DNA of 64,000 bases from Trichoplax sp. H2 (lineage: Eukaryota). Where the stretch lies: positions 1-64,000 of the forward strand of contig NOWV01000123.1 in NCBI GenBank assembly GCA_003344405.1. Direction: 5' to 3'. The notes below the pieces were generated by a model. That model saw only the letters and a program-made list of their open reading frames with translations, did not search any database and was not told the origin of the DNA. The position numbers and the translations under genes are program-made. Shown here piece by piece: positions 13,117 through 27,500 of the stretch (position 1 is the first letter of the stretch; the number at the start of each line of letters is the position of its first letter).

Positions 13117-16100
13117 TTAAAATCTTTCTGTAGTAACCCAATGGGTATCTGGATTTCTTTTAAATTGATCAACCCAAAACATAATCTTTTCTGCAGTCAG
13201 AGGATATTCTTTATCCTCAACTTCAATTTCTTTCTCCATTGAGAGTGGAGGATAAAATGCAGCACGCCTATGATTATTCCAGTATAGAATGCAAAGACGA
13301 GGATAGCGATAAAGTAGCGGTTTGAAATCATCGCCATAGATTCGGTATTCTGTCAAAATGAATGGATAATATGATTATGTATGCTAGCTGAAGCAGTCTT
13401 TCAGATATGATAAGGGCACGTATTACAACATTTATCTTGTCGCGCAAAAGATTGATTAACGCGGATCGAAATGTTACGATAGCTTTAGTGAATATTGTAT
13501 ATCAATAAAAATGATAAGCTACGAGTGTAGTAAGACAATTATAATTAGCTCTTGAAATCTATCCAGCTTACTCTTTATTTGTTCTTTATGATAGCCAATG
13601 GGAACAAACTGTGAAGCCCAAGTTGGAAATTCTTCTACGTTTAATAAAGTAATGGCAACTTTTTGATATAATGCATAGGCAGCTTTTAATAATTCCTATT
13701 TGTCGAGAATAGTATTAAATTAAAATAAATTATAATAAAGCTTTATTAAGTATTAGTAGGATAAAAATGATAGACTATATGGATAAATGAGGGCAATAAT
13801 CAGAATATACGACTGCACTTCTTAAAAAAATAATATACCTTGTAAAATGTACTTGACTCTTGAGAATCTACTTCATTGACTATAGCAACCAGAATTGGCT
13901 CATCAGGAGCAAATGCAGCATGATAACCTGCGCCTTTACTTCCAATTCTAGTATGATATGAAATAATACATAATTGAATTTGGGTTAATGAATCTTCATC
14001 AGCGTTGTCTATATAAGCTAATTATGCCCGAACTATGATTTAAAAGGACTTAAGTTAGTGTTAACTCAATTTACATCCCTTTATAAATGACCTATCTTAT
14101 CGAAATTATACCAAGTGAGCCAGAAATGAGCAAATTTACGTTAATCTATTTAGATGCCTATAAAACTGATCATGTACGATGTTATGTTTGACCATGGACT
14201 ATTAGAAGAAGACTAGGTCTTCTTCCAGTAGTCCATGGTTTAACTAACAGCAACAAGACTCGACTAAAAATATCTACTAAAATCAACATTAATTCACTAT
14301 TTTTACTGATAGAATCTGATTCTATTCAGCTAAAAGCTAAGAAAAATAATTTATAAATAAATCAAAAATTAACATTAATCTAATCTATGCCTTACTTGAA
14401 ACTGATTTAATCCACGATTTAATGTAATGCTAGTTATGTTAAATTAATATTATAATCCATTTTATAGGCATACTATATGCAGGCTTATTAAAAGCTATGG
14501 TAAATAGAATAAGCTAAATAAGCATTTTTTTGAGGATTGAAAAGTTGATCAAATTGGATTTAAGATTAAAAATAATAAGCTAGAACTGCATTAATCTTTT
14601 TCGGGCGCAAACTTGATCTGCTTATGTCTAAGTTAAAATATTACAATAAAAGCAATATTTGCGGTAGCTGTATTTCAACTAAATATAGTATTACTTACAC
14701 TCTTCTGATATGGAAAGATTCCAAAGTAATATGAGTTATAGGCAGTCTCATATGATCAATAACAAAAGATACAATATGATCTGTGCACTGAGGGTAATTA
14801 TCTTCACAGCGAATTTTTGGAGAAATTTTATATCTGAAAAATGAGTAAATTTTTAAATTAGATAAAAGCTTTAACAATTAATTATCCCCGGTCATAATGA
14901 CTAGCTATTTAGATTTCTTGAAATAGTGTATTGTTTTATATCGGGAAAGTAAATAAAATCACTAGAGGACACATCAATTTCCTATTGTTAGTGCTTATGA
15001 TTGAGAGCAATTTGAGGGTTTTAAAGAAAGTACTAGGTTAGGTAGCAGCTTTAAAAATTTAATTTTTCGTTTTGTTATCTAGATACCTCTTTTGATGGAA
15101 CTTCTTCTAAACTAGATACTATTAATAATTAAATTTATCTCTTTATCTCTTATGTGATTATCGAAAGTGTTAATATCATTTCATCAACAAACAGAACTAA
15201 ACTACTTACCTGTGAGGAGCATGAAATCGATGGATCGCATTCTTACTTTCATCTTCAATCGTTTCGGCAATGGAACGGCCATGCGTAATAATATTAGCAG
15301 TAACCTGATCTTTTCTCTCCATATTAATCTAATTATTAATTCATTTTGTCACATTTTTATCTATGTCATAAGATTCCTTCCCCATATATTAGAAGGATGT
15401 GAAATCTTTTACTGACATGTTAATAAAATTTTATTTACTTTACCTCCGATATAGCCATTGGATTCTGACCATCGCTATCTAACCAAGCAATTTTGTTACT
15501 TCGCTTATAATAGCAATCGACTTGCCCGTATATCCTTTCACAAGCTAGTTGGAAACATTTTAATGGATACCATGTCTTCTTTTGGCTGTATAGAAAACTT
15601 TTAGCTCTATTTTGGGGATATACCGTAGCTACTAGTCGCACATCTTTACTCTAAAATTACATTGCAATGTAAATATTATTAAAGCAAAGCAGGTAACTAA
15701 CTTAAGCTTTCCTCTCAGCTATCATAAATTGCATTTCATAAAAAATAAAACTTAAGATATCCTACAGTTGACCTATAATTGTATTTTATAACTACGTATA
15801 AATTACCATAGCAGATAGTTTTACTTTGTCCATTCGACTTTTCCATGGCATTGTGTTAGATATTGTAGACTTGGAAAACCAATCCATGACATACTTAGTC
15901 TGTCAGATTAAATAAGAAGAAAAAAGCATTAAATCAATTATAAAATTCATATTTATATGATGTACCTAGATAAGATCAAATATAGGCTAGAGAATGTTTA
16001 CCTCAATGGGTCCATGGTAATCCAGTCTTATATATGGAGAATCAGTAGCAGCCTTTGACAAACATTCCTCCGCTCGAAACCATCCAAAGCTACGAAAAGC

Positions 16101-19100
16101 TGACAAAGACGGAAAACCAGACACTCCATGACGTTGGCAACTCAGTGGATCATGATCACAATTGGTGATATATATGGAAGCATGATCTAATTGGGGTAAT
16201 AATATAGTGCAAGTGTAATCAGGATGCAGCTAATAATAATATTTTAGCAGATTGCTATAATAACTAGAGTATAAAATTAAGAATTAAGGATTTATTCTTA
16301 CCCATATGTTGTACTAATTTGGCGATATCTTGAAAGGTTTGCGACTTTTTTTTACAGGATTTGCAATCATTCTTAGTAAAGATAACCTAAATTTATTGGA
16401 GTCATAATAAAATTATAACCCTTGAAACGCTACAAGCGCATTAGCTGGAGAGATATTAACGTAAATCCTATAGACAAGTATCTGGTATAACGCATATAGT
16501 TTGTTAACGTAGATTCTACAACTAAGATCTACCGTAATATATACAGTTTAGGATAACTTTAGCCATGTCTCGATTATTCAAAACATAAATCGCTGACTGT
16601 ATTTATTTAATCATAATTGTTAATGGCGAGAAAATTAAACGAATAAAGGTGCTTTAAATATCAACGGAAGTCAATTCAGCTGATGCTAATGCTTTAGGAT
16701 TGATTGCATTATTTTATGTGTTTGTTCATTAACTGTATAGGTGTCATCAATGAGTACCTAATAGCTGATATTTTTATTTAATTTAAATCTACTAAAATCA
16801 GCTATGTTTTAGAATTAATTTACTAACTAATGTCAGACAAGCTGGTTTTAAAGTATCAGAAACGAGTTATTCAATTGAACAACCTATTGACGGTGTTAAA
16901 TAACGTAATGGTAAAAGTAATTGATATCTGAACTTAAAGTTGTTATGATAAAATTAATTTACTATACGCGGCAGCGCTATTTACCATTTAAGAACTTATT
17001 GTCGATAGCTATGTAAGAATCGCTACGTTAAATTTAAATCTATCAATATCTGAAATTTAGTAGGAGCCATTCAATTAATTTCAAAGTATTAGTACTGAGG
17101 TATTCTATTAATTTAGCCAGGGCATTGAAGCAAAAACAGCTTGTAAGACAGTGTAATATTGTATTTTAAGTTGATGATATATTTAGTAATGTCTACCGTA
17201 GGTGTTGTGTTCAACATGTGATAGATATTCTCGTTAGAGGCTTAAGTATTAAATATAGCTAGCTTAGTAACTGTAATCCTTTTAAAGAGGAGCGCTACAG
17301 TGCTCACACTAGAGCTTCACATGAAAGGTGTAAACTATCCTGTATTTGAGATGCTAATACTGAAGTGTGTAGTAAGTAAGGTGCTAAGACTGTAAACGCG
17401 GAAAAGTATATAAGCGAGTAGTTTTGTATAGTAAGATAGTCCTTTCTCGTTAGAGGTCCTCAGCTAATAGATTACGTTGTATCTTCGTAAAGGAGGTTTT
17501 GTTCAATAAATCTTAATTTTCTAAAGTTTTGATGATTCTTGATCTATCAACCTCACACTGCTCAAAGCCATTAAAATGATGTAAATTAAAGTAATGAAAG
17601 ATTATAATACTAATTTAGAGCTGTGGTGATTGCTAATGCCTTACCAAAGATATTGCAACATTGTGTTGATCATCAGAACGCGATATTCCAGGATAGAAAT
17701 TTGTTGGCAATTTGGATCTTTCAATAACTTCCTGCCACAAATTATCTGTTATAATTGGAATTCGACCAACGGTCTTAAATTGGAGTGTTGGCATATCAGT
17801 TGACTTTGCATATTTCTCCTTCAATTAGCGCGATAGCAACGAAACCGGACAGAAAAGTAAAGAATAAGGGAAATTGAAAGAAAAGTATCCAATATACGAA
17901 CATATTGATTATAAGAACGTTGCAATTTAAACATTTATTACAGCTACTTGTTAGACTATAATAAATTGAAATAAGAAAAAGTTACAGCAATATACAAGTT
18001 AAATAGCTTAAAGTAAGGTAAAAAGTTCATCAGATGAATATATTCAAATTAATTTAAAATTTACCATCGTAGGTTTTAATATTTTGGCTTTCGTTGTAAA
18101 GTTAGATTTCTTCCTTTCTAGCATTTTTGCCGAATTATGAGCTGTAATCAAATTTTCTGCCAGATGTAACTCTCGACGCTTTCTGTCTAATATTTTTATA
18201 GTCGCTTTACAAGGCACAATTACTGATCTATTAACACTACCAAAATCTTTCAAAGCTAACACTGAACAGTTTACCTAAAAGAAAAGAACAGTAGTGTAGA
18301 AATACCCATCTTTGCCTCAATGCAATTATTACGATATCTTAACATTAACATTTATTTTAAGATATATTAAACTACTTGAGTATAAATTAAAATCTTACAC
18401 TCCGTAGCCTAGTTGCCAATCTAAAATGACATGGAGTTACTGAATCTCCAACTCCATCATGGAATGTGACATCAACACGCTTAGCGAAATCGTAAAGAGC
18501 ATATGGTGTTGGCATCGTATCAACCAGAACTTCATGTCGAATTTTTGCCTCTAAATGATAGAAAAGTCCGATAAAAACTTATATTCTAACTATTTCAAAG
18601 GTAAAAAATAAAATTGAAATCTTTATTAATCAACATTTTTTAGTAATAATTAATCGTAGTCAAACTACCTTTATTATCAAATGTCTGCCAAAATAGCATC
18701 GTAAATGGCAAAATTTGTGTCGCAGCAGGAGGAAACTTCATTACAACTAGAAGGCAGAGCAGATCGAATTCGAAATGATAATAAGGTCAATTACAGTAAC
18801 ATAAGGAGCAAGTAACAGACAAACTCTTTAAACATTTTTCATCGTTTACCATTTCGATTGTCATAAATATTAACCATGCCAAATCGCACATTAGAGCCAA
18901 AAGTAGAGTAAATTTTATGGGATTGCGATAGGCTAGCGATCATTTTAATAATGTTTTGCCCCCAATGAGCATAAAAGCAAACGACGAAAGGCTTATAAGT
19001 CCGAGTCGGTGTCAGCACTTCTTTCTTAAAATTACCCTTGAATAAGATCAGAGATCAAATACTTAATACGTATCTTATCTCCCAATAGGAGACATAGAAA

Positions 19101-22100
19101 AACAATGATTGCAATTTAGAGAAATTTTCCGATACTTAAAGCGCCATATTTGAAATGATAGAAAGTGTTACACTGATTATATGATATCGAAGTACAATCA
19201 GAGTCACTTCCCATTTACTCGTAACACAATGTTACATAAAAATTATACCCACACTTACTTCATTCACAACGATTAATTTGCTCTTATAAGCCGTCATAAA
19301 TAAATTAATCCTATTAATGTTGATATTGAATTGTCCTGTTAGCTTCAGTAAAGGCCGCACATTTTGTAGACCTGCAGCTGTATTGCAATGTATAAATACC
19401 ATTCAAGAAATCCTTTCATAATATAAAATCGAGCTCGATCTGCAGTAAATAAGAGAAAATTTAGGAATTCAATCTCTTACCAGAATTATTTAGGAATAAT
19501 AAAGTCGGAAAGGTATGGATACCAAATTGCGTGATCAGCTTACTAAATAAATTTCGAAGGAATGAGATAATTAATTTACTAGATGGAAACATCAAAAATA
19601 TGCGAAAAAGACTGTAATTTAATAACATTTAGAGAAATGAAGCATTGTATCATCAATAGATTAAACTTCTTGAATTAAAGATAATTTTACTAGGATTGCT
19701 TTTTAATGACATTGTAGATTCATAAGCTAATACTGTTATATGATCATGCCGCAATTGATGATTGTGAGATGAAAGGAAAAACTAAAATACATGGAAAGAC
19801 AATAATAATCTGAAGATATGCTGGTGCCTACTGAGTCTCATATTAAATCACTTTCTAACAGCATCTAGCCGTAACCCAATTTCTCGTAGGATTACTATTG
19901 TTAATGCATCTTAGATAGTAATGCTAGCACATAAAACTCAGAAATGCGAATCCTGTTGGAATCTATTAAGTCGATGTAAACTGATTAATCCATCGGCTTC
20001 GGAGGTATAATAACATCCTTAAAGATGAAAAACTGCCAGTGAAAATAATTTAAATAGATTTAAATCAGATGCGAACGTATTTAGAAGGAGATACTCAATA
20101 TCAGATAGTAGCTATATCTCATTTCCCATAATTTGTTAATTCGAAATCAATGGATCAGATAGGTGCTAAAAATTGGTATAGCTACATAAAGGAGAGTAAT
20201 AGTAGCGTGCATAAAGTTTATTAAAAGAAAATTTCCATCAAGAATCTTTAAATACCGTAATTTTAAAAGAGCCTTATTAACTGACGACAATAAAAGATAA
20301 AAATGATTAGGATACCTTCAACTAACTGAGTAGCGTTTATTTTAACTTAGATTTAGCTTTAAGAATCGATTACAATACAGATCAGTTAACGTTTCCATTA
20401 ACTTCAGTACCTTCCATCTTCGTTCAGGTGGTTAACGATATAGAAGTGCAAGCTATCTTTCCATCTAGCTTGTGCCTGTCAGATTCAATAAAAACTTTGC
20501 AGTTATAATAATAGCAATGACGTGTCTTAGGTGAGCTAAATGATATTATACTATCTATGTACCTGAAATAAAACGTTATCTACTATCTTGGGCTCATGTA
20601 ATCCAGTAAATGCCAGCAATGTTACACCTTTCTTGGAGAATATTTTATCAATATTGCCTATTGTATTGGCCTTTAAACTTCTCTTAAAAGCTTTCGACTG
20701 TCGTATGAGTTCAAAAATAATCCAAATAAAGGATTAAAGTTGATATTGCCTTTATTACAATGCAACCTTAAGTACTTACCATATTCATCAAATACTGGTG
20801 AAAATGGTTCTTTGCATATTGATATTTTGTGTTGTTATAAACATTAGGAATCATTAATCCGATATGGCATGCCAGTGATGGGATAGTAGATGGCATCATA
20901 GAAATATCCGATACTTCAAGCTGTGTATAAATATAGGACATTTTTTTAATTTTTTAATTAATTAATTAGATATCGAATTACACAGGCATTATCTTTTTAA
21001 TGTATCGAATTTATACTGGTTTAAAAAGGATACTTCATATTATATGCTTATTCTACGAATATTACTACATCATACATGATCAAGTTCTACAATTCCATAG
21101 TTCCATCTTGCGTACGGCATTTCTAAAGAAATTTTCTTCCAAAATTCTGCGAATTTAGCGGATAACGCTGATTTCGTAACTATATCAATGAAGAAGACGA
21201 GAAATTTACCTATTACCGCATATTGATACAGGATTATTTAACACTCAATTGTATACTGAAGTTATGTTAAGACCTATTTCTATCACTGATGAGGGAATAC
21301 TTTCCGCATGATTTATAGATTTGATTTTAGAAACTACAGTAATAAGTAATTGTGTTGGCACCAGCAAATTAAGGAAGGCAATATTAGGAGAACGAAAATT
21401 ATGGCGAAATAATTTGCACTATAAATGTCAGCTGTCAAATTATATTGCTTCAATAAATCAAGAAACCTGGACACTTTTCAGCTACGATATCTGAAACCTT
21501 CATTTATTTCTAAAATGATTATGAAGTATACTTTATATCTATCCTTCTTTCTCCAAGCAAAGAACATATTAATGTATCTTACTTCGTTGCAACCTTATTT
21601 TAAATCCATACTGAATTCATTATATACGAGCATACGGTATAAATGCTTGTCGTAATATAGGCTTATCTTTTTATTACAAATGTTAAAGTAATTTCTTATG
21701 TTATTAAACTCTAACTCTGTCTCTACTCTTATCAAGAACTCTTTCTCTCTGCATTTTCCCGCTTTCTTTCCACACGTAAGCATGTTTAAGCAATTTCTAT
21801 GATCTTACAATCCAACTCGTATATGAAATATTAGCCTTACATCAGCGAATTCAAAATCTAAAATTGATTGCTCTCTGTATATTCGTGTTCCATACAAGTC
21901 GATCAGCATTTTTTAATTCTTATTTACGTAAAGCCAATATTATGACAATAAAATTGTTTCTCTCTCATTCCAATATGTCAGCTTTCCTTCCATTTACAAC
22001 TTGTTTACGCATTTTTTATGTTCCTGTAATCTAACACTTTCTTTATACACTAACTATTAACACTATGTCAACTTGCCTAATATCCATTTAACTTCCCTGC

Positions 22101-22622
22101 ACATATCTGAGTAAACTATTTTCTTGTAAACGTATGTTAATACGAATCTTATAATATTAAAACCTAACTCTCTTCTCACTCATTCTGCAATCATTGGCTT
22201 TTCCTCTGTACGTAACATGGTTACGTATTTCTTATAAATGTTATAACTTAATCCCATATCAATTCCTCTATCCACTCTCTATTTACAGATTAGATTTCTT
22301 CTGCACGTAATAAATTTATACACTTCTTCAAGATATTAGAATCTAAAATTATATCTAGCTCTGAAATTTCCACAAACGAGTATATCAACTTTTTCTGCCA
22401 CTACAATCTTGTTAACATCTTCGTTTACATGAAAAGCAATCAAAAATTGAACTTACCTCCTTGTTGTTTACGTATATATACTGCACATGTTGGCGTTGTC
22501 GTTCTGACATTTAGCACATGTGTTTTTAACTCTGAAATGGAAATTTTCGGCAGCTCAACTGTATAAGCGAGCTGAAAACTGAAAGCTATCAGGCCAATAA
22601 TCATAAATATTGAAGACGCCAT
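13117..22622 (-). CDS. Secreted/ER multi-thioredoxin-fold (PDI-like) protein, about 20 exons
   Basis: Exon 1 (22622-22457) encodes a signal-peptide-like MASSIFMIIGLIAFSFQLAYT. Phase-consistent exons follow at 21179-21076, 20920-20780, 20475-20411, 19542-19481 and 19371-19259, with further exons down to 13117. Trx-fold motifs: FGIHTFPTLLFL, NFKKEVL...FVVCFYAHWGQNI, VIFTKNDCKSC, NCDHDPLSCQRHGVSGFPSL. Ends ...HWVTTERF*. Confidence 0.85.
14191..14239. repeat. Near-perfect intronic palindrome (23-bp arms, 3-nt loop), mini-MITE-like
   Basis: accatggactattagaagaagac-tag-gtcttcttccagtagtccatggt; 21 of 23 positions are Watson-Crick pairs. Confidence 0.9.
17142..17557 (+). mobile_element. Putative older solo-LTR-like element (416 bp) in an intron of the thioredoxin-like gene
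   Basis: Starts tgtaagacagtgtaatattgtatt (similar to the family A start) and ends cctcaca. Flanks are CAGCT/CTGCT (4 of 5 match). TATATAA at 17407, AATAAA at 17505. Confidence 0.5.
21670..22350. repeat. Degenerate pyrimidine-rich tandem repeat (period about 220 bp, two related sub-units) in intron 1 of the thioredoxin-like gene
   Basis: A motif of the type ctctcattc...gctttcc...acgta(a)catgttta(c)g(c/t)atttct(t)at...aat(c)(c/t)aa recurs near 21790, 22010 and 22227, with related half-units near 21691, 22146 and 22321. Confidence 0.5.
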
Positions 22623-22702
22623 ATTGATTATAGCCGGTATACTGGTATATAATTGCCACTTGATGGTATCATCCGTGATTCCAGCTAGACTCAATTTCGA
22701 TT

Positions 22703-22760
22703 ACGCATGCGCCCGGCCTTAGAGCTTTCTTTCGCTGCCTTGGATCGATTGCCTAGCAAC
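22703..22760. promoter_or_regulatory. Candidate bidirectional promoter with an NRF1-like site and an RFX X-box-like site
   Basis: ACGCATGCGC (22703-22712) and ATTGCCTAGCAAC (22748-22760) lie in a GC-richer patch between the divergently oriented thioredoxin-like and kinesin genes. Confidence 0.55.
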
Positions 22761-24563
22761 CGAAAAGGAGGAAAGGCAGAGCCAACTCCTATCAACTAGT
22801 CATAATATTAATAGATCTCGATGGATAGAGACATTATAATACTAATATGCTTAATGTACATCATGCTGACTTGAGTAAAAGGGAAATTAAATCGTGTTAT
22901 ATGATACAAGTAACGACTAATTACCTCTACAGAAAGTAATATTGAAGAAAGAATTAAATTCTCTCTACAAAGTGCGATCACTGAATTGATCATTTGAGCC
23001 AATTACTTAACCTTTATTGTATCGATTCTAGCTAGGCAATAGCCAAGTCGCATGATGATGGAGTTAATGGTTTTTCAGGTATGTGGAATATGTGTGTAAA
23101 ACAATCAATCAAGACTGATAAACTAATTTATATGAATTCATCATACTCCGTAACATTAAATATATCACATTCAGATAGGTAAGAATCCTTAAAATAGCTC
23201 TATCTAAGCAATCCAAACATTACTTTAACCTATCAATTATATTCTATGCTATCTGCTAGTGTTACAAACGTATTATCACGAAAATAAATCATCAATTTAC
23301 TTTTGTACTCTTTGTATTTTGACTATAATAAAGTTCAGCGAAAATATCATTAACTCTTTTAGTAAAGAAGCTGATAAAGGTTAAATTAATTTCACAACTC
23401 TTAAGGAGCAATAAGTCAATAAGGTAATACTATAAATTAATTTTGAAAATCGTACAAATAAATAAATCAGAAAGCAGCGATTGTACTTACAGGCTAAAAT
23501 TCAATAATGTCGATGTCTATTTAAAAGATCTTACAATAAATAATAGTAAATTAATTAAACCTATCTACCAAGTTAGAATTAGAGATCATATTTTGTTTAC
23601 ATTAAGAGTGAGGTATGAATATATTAGGTTAAATATTTAACGAATTTAAGCACAGCCTGTACGTTACCGTATTTAGTACAGTATTTAGCAATAGTAGCGA
23701 TAAATATCATTAAAGTTTCGAAATTAATGTCACAGTTTCGTAGAGTTGCATATCAAGATCATTATAGGAATGCGAGGGTGATTGAAATCGATGCGTATCC
23801 AAGCATAGATTCTAGCGATTATTTTAAGATTAGTATCACTAACATACTCATAACATTATTAATAAAGCGAACATGTGAAACTGAAGATTAGAATTAATAT
23901 TACGGCATCAAATCCGCTGTTTACTTTTGTTTCAAAGGTAATATCGACTTGAAACTTTGCGGTCATGCTTAGTAAATACAATTATAGTTACAAACCAATC
24001 CTAATCTGTGCACTTAGGGTCTACTGTAATAAATCTGATATTTCAAAGAGAAAAATTCAAATATAATATACTAAATATTGAAGTCAGCCAATCTTATTTC
24101 GTTATAAAATACCATTTTGCTTGTAAATTGCTGTTATCTGTTAATGATTAACAAGATAGACAAATTAATCCATATAAATAATTTTTCTGACTAAATCTAT
24201 TTTAACTTATCTTAGATTTAAAGTCACTGCATTTCTAGAAAGAAAGCTCAGTACATGGCCTAGCTGCTTCTGCATACATAAATCCCTCTTGATAAAATGT
24301 TAGTAATTTACCGAAGCTGTTGGATATCGAGCTAATCCTGACTATTGGCTATAAAAAATTAAGTTTCAACCACGTTTAAATTTTGTTGAAGACTACATGT
24401 ATTGATTATACTTACATTCAAATCAGTCCGCAAATTGATTTACTTCCAATAAATTCAATACCAATCCTATCTTCGCAGATAATCGAAAATAGATTCGATT
24501 GCAACTTTTCTATCGTTAATCAAGAGGGCTTTATCACGATAATTACAACTGATTGAAATCGAG

Positions 24564-27500
24564 ATGTTTATTTCTAGTGTTGCCAAGATTCGGCCATCGA
24601 CGGAAAATGAATCTCCACCTTCATTACAGATTGAGGAAGATTCTATAAAAAGTAAAGAAACTAATGCCACTCATACCTTCAGCCGAATATATGATGCTGA
24701 TAGTCAACCCTATCATATCTATCGGGATGCTATATCACCTTTATTGGAAGACTTTATTGCTGGTTATAATGTATGTATTTTACTATTTGGTGAGACAGGA
24801 TCTGGCAAATCACATGCCTTCGCTGGTAATCATCATGGAGATTCAGTTGGTTTATTTCAGCTCATCATTGATGAGCTATATCAAGAGATTGCCACTTTAA
24901 AAACCAATAAAATTCGCGCTAGCTACGATCATGTAGATGGTAATGAATTTTTAGATCAAGCTAGGCCGTCATCAACAGCTAGTCAGCATCAACAATTACA
25001 ACTCCCTTCTGATGAGTATCATCAACGTCGACGATTATCGCAACAACGCACTTTACCACTTTCCCGATCCGGTCAGCGAGTTAAAGATGGATTTATTAAG
25101 ATATCCATGCAATTTTGCGAGTTATATAATGAAAAAATTCATGATTTACTGCAGCCTAAATCTACAACAGCTAAGACTTTGGAAATAAACGAGAGTGAAC
25201 AAAAAGGGATCCACATTCGTGGTATAACCAGCACTCCCATTGAAGATGCAACCCAAGGTGTCACATTATTTGAAGAAGCTTGGGCTAGAAGAATCAACGT
25301 AGACACAGAATTTGGTCCAAGTAATATTCGCTCATCTGCTATTTTAACTATAACACAGACTACGGTAAGATATTGGCGGTATATTCCCAGCTATCATAAC
25401 GATACGACTAGAGTAAAGTGCAGTTTGATATAGTATTTCAAATTCATGACTTTATTATCTTGTCAATTTATTATATCAATGCATTCACTCAAAATTCACA
25501 AACTAGAAAGGAGATGCTAATACCATACCCCATAAATCAAAATTAATGTTGGTTGAATTGCCTGGTGCTGAAAAATTGGCATCAGATCCCAATCATTTGC
25601 AAATGAGGGAAGGGAGCAATTTAAACAAATCCCTTATCCACTTTGCATTAGTAGTTAAGTCATTACTGGATGTGCACCATGTTCCTAATTATAAGTAAGT
25701 TAACTATCTCCATCGAGTCTTTTGTAAACCTGATAAGGCAATCATCTACAATTAAGTCTACTATGCTATTCTGCAATGCTATGGTCATAATTCGTTCTGA
25801 AAACGTTGTTTTCTTTGCCCATTTCTTTCCTCCACGCTGACTACGTAGCAAATCCAAATTAACTCATTTACTATCAGATGTTCTCGGCGGTAACTGCCAG
25901 ACTTTGCTCTATGTGACATTGAAGCCTTATGAAACGCCCTATCTACCGACAATTTTGAGAGCGTGCAACAAAATTTGCAAAATTATTAATTATCCAGTCA
26001 CCAATGACATCTACGCTCAGGTAGGGATTCAGTAAGATATAATCTCACGCTAGACTGTTATTAATGATAATATAAGAGAATGCTGCAGGATTGAACTCTG
26101 ATTTTACCTAATTTTATACCAAATAATTTATAATCTATTGCTTGGATACGCTATAATACATGAGTAGTTAACAACATTCTGAAGTAGGAGCAGCAGGCAT
26201 AGAAGTCCTCTATCAAAGATTGTTTTTAATATGAATAATCCTTCGTAGTACTAAGAATATGACTTATCTTTCTCTCTATATATATATAAAACAGGGTCTT
26301 ATTCGTCTATATCGATGCCAAATAATCAACTTGAGGGATAAAGTCCAAAATATAGAACTATCATTAGCTAAAGAAGTTGCTAATGTCAGTCATTTGCAAT
26401 CGATTGTTGATGAAAATGCAAAGAATAAGCGTTCTGAAAGCCGACAAAGTGATGATACTTCTAAAATGGAAGAAATGAAAGAACATATTAAAAAACTAGA
26501 TCAAGAAAATGTTAGTAATTTTTATTAGCTTAGAGATAATCTAACTCATAGTAAAAATTAAGAAATAGTAAATCTATTAACTATAACACATTTGAAAGTA
26601 GTGAATCTGTTAATAATCGCTATATTACATGCTACTGATTTGCAAAAAATGTTTCAATTTTAATTTTACTATGTCAATCTCGAAATTTTGAAATAATATA
26701 TCACGGTGTATATCTGTTATCCAGCTGCAGCTGCATGATCAAGTAGAAAAACTTACCGGTAAATTAGATCGCATGCAATCCAGGTATAATGAAGTTTTGA
26801 GAGCTAAATCTGTTATATCGTCGCAGTTAATGAAAAAGGATGAAGAAAAGAATAAGGTTAGGCATTAAATTATACAGCAAAAAATACAACGACAAGATTT
26901 CTACTATTTGCTAAATTTATTTTCTGAGTAAACTACTAACTGCAAATATAAACTTTACTTGGAACAATGCAATGTGTAACGTAGTTTAAATACAAAGAAG
27001 CTGTTGATTAATGTCCTGTAGCAGAGATTTCAGGTGTAAAATCAAGTACCAATCAAGACATTATCCGATATAACCTTGATAATTATTAAATCTATACTCG
27101 CTCCGGCAGAGATTCTTATGCTTCAATGCCAAACTTTCTTGAATAATTTACACGCGATATTAGGCAATTTGTTATTCAGTAACTTTATCTTTACTTTTAA
27201 TAACACTTCATCATTAACCTTTAAACTTTATTTAACGTAAAGTATGCTTACTTTTATTATGAGTTACAATAATTTTCAACAATAATCTTAAGTTTACTTT
27301 AGACAGTACACATACTCATACAGTAACAGTCAATCGATAAATAACACTTATTAATTAATCAATAATACAGATTTATCAAGCATTAATCGATACTAGGATA
27401 GAAGTAACCAATTTAAACGACCAAAAGGAAATAGAAGGATCTGCTGACAAGAAAATTCGTATCAATGAGTTACAAAATAAGTTAACGGATCAAACAACCA

